Source: Candidatus Poribacteria bacterium (GTDB taxonomy: Bacteria > Poribacteria > WGA-4E > PCPOR2b). From it: a stretch of 64,000 nt of DNA. The notes beneath the pieces are model-generated. The model saw only the letters and a program-made list of their open reading frames with translations, was not told where the DNA came from and did not search any database. Positions 60,225 through 64,000 of this stretch are shown one piece after another; the first letter of the stretch is position 1; every line of letters begins with the position of its first letter. The stretch spans positions 4,448,001 to 4,512,000 of the forward strand of contig OZ240245.1 of the NCBI GenBank assembly GCA_965198175.1, read 5' to 3'. The position numbers and the translations under genes were made by a program.

Positions 60225-62603
60225 ATGAAACGCTTAATTTTACTGTTTCCAATTTTTATCTCCCTGATTTTATGCATAGATGGTCATGCCGAATTGCGTC
60301 ACCAGTTTCTGTTTGGGCATACCCATCGCGTGCTTGCGATTGCATTCAGCGCTGATGGGCAGTGGCTTGCCTCCGGCGGCGATGGCGAATACGAAATTTA
60401 CATTTGGGATGCGGCGACGGGTGAGCGCATCCATACGTTGGCTGGGCACACCGACCAAATAATGGACCTGGCTTTCCGGATAAATGGAAATCTCGCATCC
60501 GTTTCTGAGGATAGGAGCTTGCGGTTGTGGGATGTTCCCGCCCAAGAAGAGATACGCCAGTATGATGGACACCAGGCCGGATTAACATCAGTGGCTTTTA
60601 GTCCGGACGGTGAACGGTTGGTTGCGGGTTCGATTGATCGGCTGCTCCGGCTATGGGAAGTTGACACCGGTAGGCTGATCTCGACCTTTGAAGGACACGA
60701 AGCCACCATCTGGTCCGTGGCATTCAGCCCCGATGGCGAAACCATTGTCTCTGCCTCAGAGGATCGGACTGTTCGTCTTTGGAATACCCCCGATAGTGAT
60801 GGGAACCTGATTGTTCAAACGCCTACCAAAACCTTCACCGGTCATACGAATCGAGTTTGGTCTGCAGCATTTCACCCCAACGAAAATCTGGTTGCTTCTG
60901 GGTCATGGGACGGCACCGTACGAGTTTGGAATGTTGATGCAAATAGCGATGAAGTTGTTTTCCAAGAACCTTTCGCAATGTATAATCGCGAAGTGCTTTC
61001 GCTTGGCTTCAGTCCTGATGGGAGATTGCTCGCGGTAGGGTTACGTCACGTAGAAAACGACAACCCCCTCAAACTATGGGACTTCGCAACAGGTCGTGAA
61101 CTCAGATCATTCGACACGAAATCACGTCACGATTTGGCTTTTAGTTTAGATCGGTCTCGATTAGCCACGGCGGGAGCAGCTGATGGCACAATTATTATAT
61201 GGAACTCGAGTCATTTGTCGCCCACCCTCCGCGAACCCGAAGAGGGTGAACTCATCGAAACGTCGCAAATTACCTTAAGTTGGGAGGCTGTTGAAGATTC
61301 GGTTTACTACGATGTTGAAATCTCCCACAATTCGGGTTTTAACGAGAACACTCAACTCACAACCGTTACGGAAAACCAGTTAGTCTTTGAAGTCAACGGT
61401 GAAACACCGACCTATTGGTGGCGCGTTCGCACAGGTAGTCTCGGACAGGTCGGCGAGTGGTCTGAACCGCGATCGTTTCGCATCCCGTTTGAACCGCCCC
61501 TGACCTGTGATGTTCGAATCCTACCGCCGCGCCGCCAAGTGAATTTGGGACAGGAGTTTAATGTAGAGGTTCTAATCGATTCGGCACCCGACCTCGCAGG
61601 ATTTCAGTTTGATCTTCAGTGGACGAACCCCGATGTCCTTAATCTAGTCACGGTTACCGAATTCAGAAACATCTTTGGAGAATTTGGGATCGGTCAAGTT
61701 GGGGAAATTGACCGGGAGTTGGGCGTATACAGAGATGTTGTTGCGACCAAACCAGGCTCGAGTGGTGTGAGTGGAAGTGGAACCCTGTTAAAGGTCCTGT
61801 TCAGTGGAAAAGGCATCGGTTTAAGTAACATTCAATTGAATAATCTCAAACTTGTCAATTCAGCGGGAGAACAAATCTATTGCAACATTTTCAACTCACA
61901 GATTGAGGTCGCAGATCCAGCACGGCCGTGGGATGTCAATGGTGATGGAATTGTGGACGTTTTTGATCTCAGCGCCGTGGCGAAGCACTTTGGCAAGGAA
62001 ATCACTATGGATGTGGGGCTGAATCCTGACGTCAACAGTGACGGGGTTGTCGATCTCCAAGACATTGTCCTTGTTGGCGCCCACTTTGGTGAATCCTATC
62101 CGATGGATGGACAAGAAACCGCAGCTGCCCCCTATTTTCACAATCAGAATAACTTATACTCAACAACCCACCATCGAACGAGATTACTACCAGAAACACG
62201 CAAAATGCTAGAACGCATCTACGCGGAATTGCTGACTAACCCCGATAATTCTCCTCCATATGTTCGCACAAGACAGGTTTTACGTCATGTGCTGTCATCG
62301 GTTCGCCCTAGCCAAGATGTGTTATTTCAAAACTATCCCAATCCGTTCAATCCGGAAACCTGGATTCCTTTCCAGCTTGCCTCAGCCGGGGATGTGACAA
62401 TCAACATTCACGATGTAAATGGAACGATTGTCCGTAAACTTGCGTTGGGACATCTCGAAGCTGGTTCCTATATGAGTCGTACCGATGCAGCTTACTGGGA
62501 TGGAAACAATCGATGGGGTGAACCTGTTGCCAGCGGTGTTTATTTCTATACCATTTCGATGAGGTCATTCAGAGCTACCCGGGCAATGACAATCGTGAAA
62601 TAA
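60225..62603 (+). CDS. Secreted WD40 + FN3-like + cohesin + dockerin + FlgD-Ig/CTD protein
   Basis: GH...WD repeats; LSWE..YWWRV; LAGFQFDL cohesin; DVNGDGIVD x2; NYPNPFNPETWIPF. Confidence 0.9.
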   Translation: MKRLILLFPIFISLILCIDGHAELRHQFLFGHTHRVLAIAFSADGQWLASGGDGEYEIYIWDAATGERIHTLAGHTDQIMDLAFRINGNLASVSEDRSLRLWDVPAQEEIRQYDGHQAGLTSVAFSPDGERLVAGSIDRLLRLWEVDTGRLISTFEGHEATIWSVAFSPDGETIVSASEDRTVRLWNTPDSDGNLIVQTPTKTFTGHTNRVWSAAFHPNENLVASGSWDGTVRVWNVDANSDEVVFQEPFAMYNREVLSLGFSPDGRLLAVGLRHVENDNPLKLWDFATGRELRSFDTKSRHDLAFSLDRSRLATAGAADGTIIIWNSSHLSPTLREPEEGELIETSQITLSWEAVEDSVYYDVEISHNSGFNENTQLTTVTENQLVFEVNGETPTYWWRVRTGSLGQVGEWSEPRSFRIPFEPPLTCDVRILPPRRQVNLGQEFNVEVLIDSAPDLAGFQFDLQWTNPDVLNLVTVTEFRNIFGEFGIGQVGEIDRELGVYRDVVATKPGSSGVSGSGTLLKVLFSGKGIGLSNIQLNNLKLVNSAGEQIYCNIFNSQIEVADPARPWDVNGDGIVDVFDLSAVAKHFGKEITMDVGLNPDVNSDGVVDLQDIVLVGAHFGESYPMDGQETAAAPYFHNQNNLYSTTHHRTRLLPETRKMLERIYAELLTNPDNSPPYVRTRQVLRHVLSSVRPSQDVLFQNYPNPFNPETWIPFQLASAGDVTINIHDVNGTIVRKLALGHLEAGSYMSRTDAAYWDGNNRWGEPVASGVYFYTISMRSFRATRAMTIVK

Positions 62604-62726
62604 CCTTTCTCCCAATCTCCTGATTCGAGGATTGCTAGCGGAGAATCCATTACTCTCCCTCCCTTTGTAGTAAGGTTCAGGCGGGTTAGCTCAGAAACGC
62701 AAAATAGGGTGACAGGACGATGCGCC

Positions 62727-64000
62727 ATGAACAATAGGATACGGAGACAATCTCTTAAAAAAACCTTACTCGTTCTTTGGCTTTCCAGCTTTTTGGTGTT
62801 TTGGCTTTGCCCTGCGCCTGCCCAACAGACCTTCCAATGGCGCAGCTTCACACGAATCCGCGATGGACTCAGCAGTAATAATGTTCGGTCCATCACTGAA
62901 GATCGCTTCGGACAAATCTGGCTTGCGACAAGCAGAGGCTTAAGTCGCTTTGATGGCTTCTGGCATGTAATTGATGTTTCAATCGGCGATTCAAACGGCA
63001 ATGATGTCTTCCAAATCTTTGACGATTCCGAAGGGTTCATCTGGGCGATGACAAGCGCGGGTGTCTATCAGGGGATGCCGCACAATGGCGGGATGGATTG
63101 GGTCCATCATTACACGATGGAAGACGAGTTAATTGATAATCGGATTTCGGCTGCCGTCCGAACGCAAAATGGCGAGATTTGGATTGGAACGCCTTCCGGC
63201 GTCAACTGGTTCGATGGAAACACGTGGCGCGCTGTGCCGAATGCGGAAGAGGGCAGTGTCAATAAAGGCGTGCGGGTCGTTTATGAAGATAGAATCGGTA
63301 ATCTGTGGTTTGGCTTGTCACCACAGAGCCGTCCGAACCTGCTTAGCCGTTTTGACGGCGTCCAGTGGGAAGTTTTCCGCGTTCAGGACGGTTTACCGAA
63401 CGGTGATGTACAGGCGATTACAGCGGATGGTATGAACAATATTTGGGTTGGCACGACTGAAGGTGTAGCGATTTTCGACGGTTCAACTTGGCAGGTTAGA
63501 ACGGCGCCTGATTTTTTGATTGGTAACAATGTCCAGTCCATAAAAATTGATATTGAGGAAACAGTTGAGGAAACAGTGTGGATTGGCACAACAACAGGAA
63601 TCAGTCTGTTCAGTCGCGGCAGTTGGAGGCATTTGACGAAAGCAAACGGGTTGGCTAGCAACAATATCCAGACGCTGTTTGAATCGCAGGACGGTGGATT
63701 TTGGGTGGGCACACGAGATAACGGTGTCAGTTTCTCCGATAGGTCCTGGCGAACTATCACGACAAATGACGGTTTGAGCGATAACCAAGTGACAGCAATG
63801 CTAACGGATCGTAGCGGGGCGACTTGGGTAGGTACACGTAATGGATTGGTTCGGTATACCGAGAGGAAAATCGAATCGGTAGAAGGGCTGCTGGGGCGCG
63901 AAATTCGCGTGCTAGCCGAAGATTCCCAGCGACGCCTTTGGGTTGGAACGGACTCAGGTATTGCAGTATTCAATCCATCCGCGGGTGATCCTTCAATATG
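62727..64000 (+). CDS. Two-component regulator propeller (Reg_prop) repeat protein, truncated by the window end
   Basis: Absent from ORF track; MNNRIRRQ..signal, then DGLSSNNVRSITEDRFGQIWLATSRGLSRFDG-type repeats in one frame to the window end. Confidence 0.85.
   Translation, partial: MNNRIRRQSLKKTLLVLWLSSFLVFWLCPAPAQQTFQWRSFTRIRDGLSSNNVRSITEDRFGQIWLATSRGLSRFDGFWHVIDVSIGDSNGNDVFQIFDDSEGFIWAMTSAGVYQGMPHNGGMDWVHHYTMEDELIDNRISAAVRTQNGEIWIGTPSGVNWFDGNTWRAVPNAEEGSVNKGVRVVYEDRIGNLWFGLSPQSRPNLLSRFDGVQWEVFRVQDGLPNGDVQAITADGMNNIWVGTTEGVAIFDGSTWQVRTAPDFLIGNNVQSIKIDIEETVEETVWIGTTTGISLFSRGSWRHLTKANGLASNNIQTLFESQDGGFWVGTRDNGVSFSDRSWRTITTNDGLSDNQVTAMLTDRSGATWVGTRNGLVRYTERKIESVEGLLGREIRVLAEDSQRRLWVGTDSGIAVFNPSAGDPSI

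Noticed and set aside
62681..62694. tRNA-like gcgggttagctcag
   Set aside because: No T-arm (GTTCRA) or acceptor-stem complement follows
62546..63973. Minus-strand ORFs of 164 and 196 aa
   Set aside because: Shadows of the plus-strand Reg_prop gene; the many other short overlapping ORFs in the track were dismissed for the same reason

Overview
Bacterial chromosomal window, most likely from Ca. Poribacteria or a relative. This is an inference from the dockerin plus 'NYPNPFNPETWIP' C-terminal secreted proteins, a PhyH dioxygenase, a DUF6785-type membrane protein and ECF fusions. Housekeeping genes include pyrG, cinA, an FMN-riboswitch-controlled ribD-ribE-ribBA-ribH operon, hisH, an NtrB/NtrC-like pair, manA, bioD, a family-4 UDG and argD. 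Accessory content: (i) a complete type II Zorya operon (zorA-zorB-zorE) bounded by GTAG-type REP/REPIN palindromes; (ii) a type II R-M locus whose endonuclease carries one in-frame stop; (iii) an orphan Rad50/SbcC-like ATPase with a small partner gene; (iv) an array of three membrane-anchored ECF sigma factors fused to exchangeable ectodomains (CxxC-less thioredoxin or C-type lectin). Each ECF gene has a conserved AAC-N18-GTCTA upstream motif and a perfect internal AAAGGAGG-N7-ATG just after the sigma domain, which could produce a sigma-less product from the same gene. This array is the best candidate for an undescribed system. Several decayed genes are missed or only partly covered by the ORF track (His-rich lipoprotein, REase, DUF5615 PIN toxin, MazF remnant, SRAP), and the response regulator has a 5x21-bp expansion of its DYITKP motif. 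All family calls come from motif recognition by eye; no database search was run.
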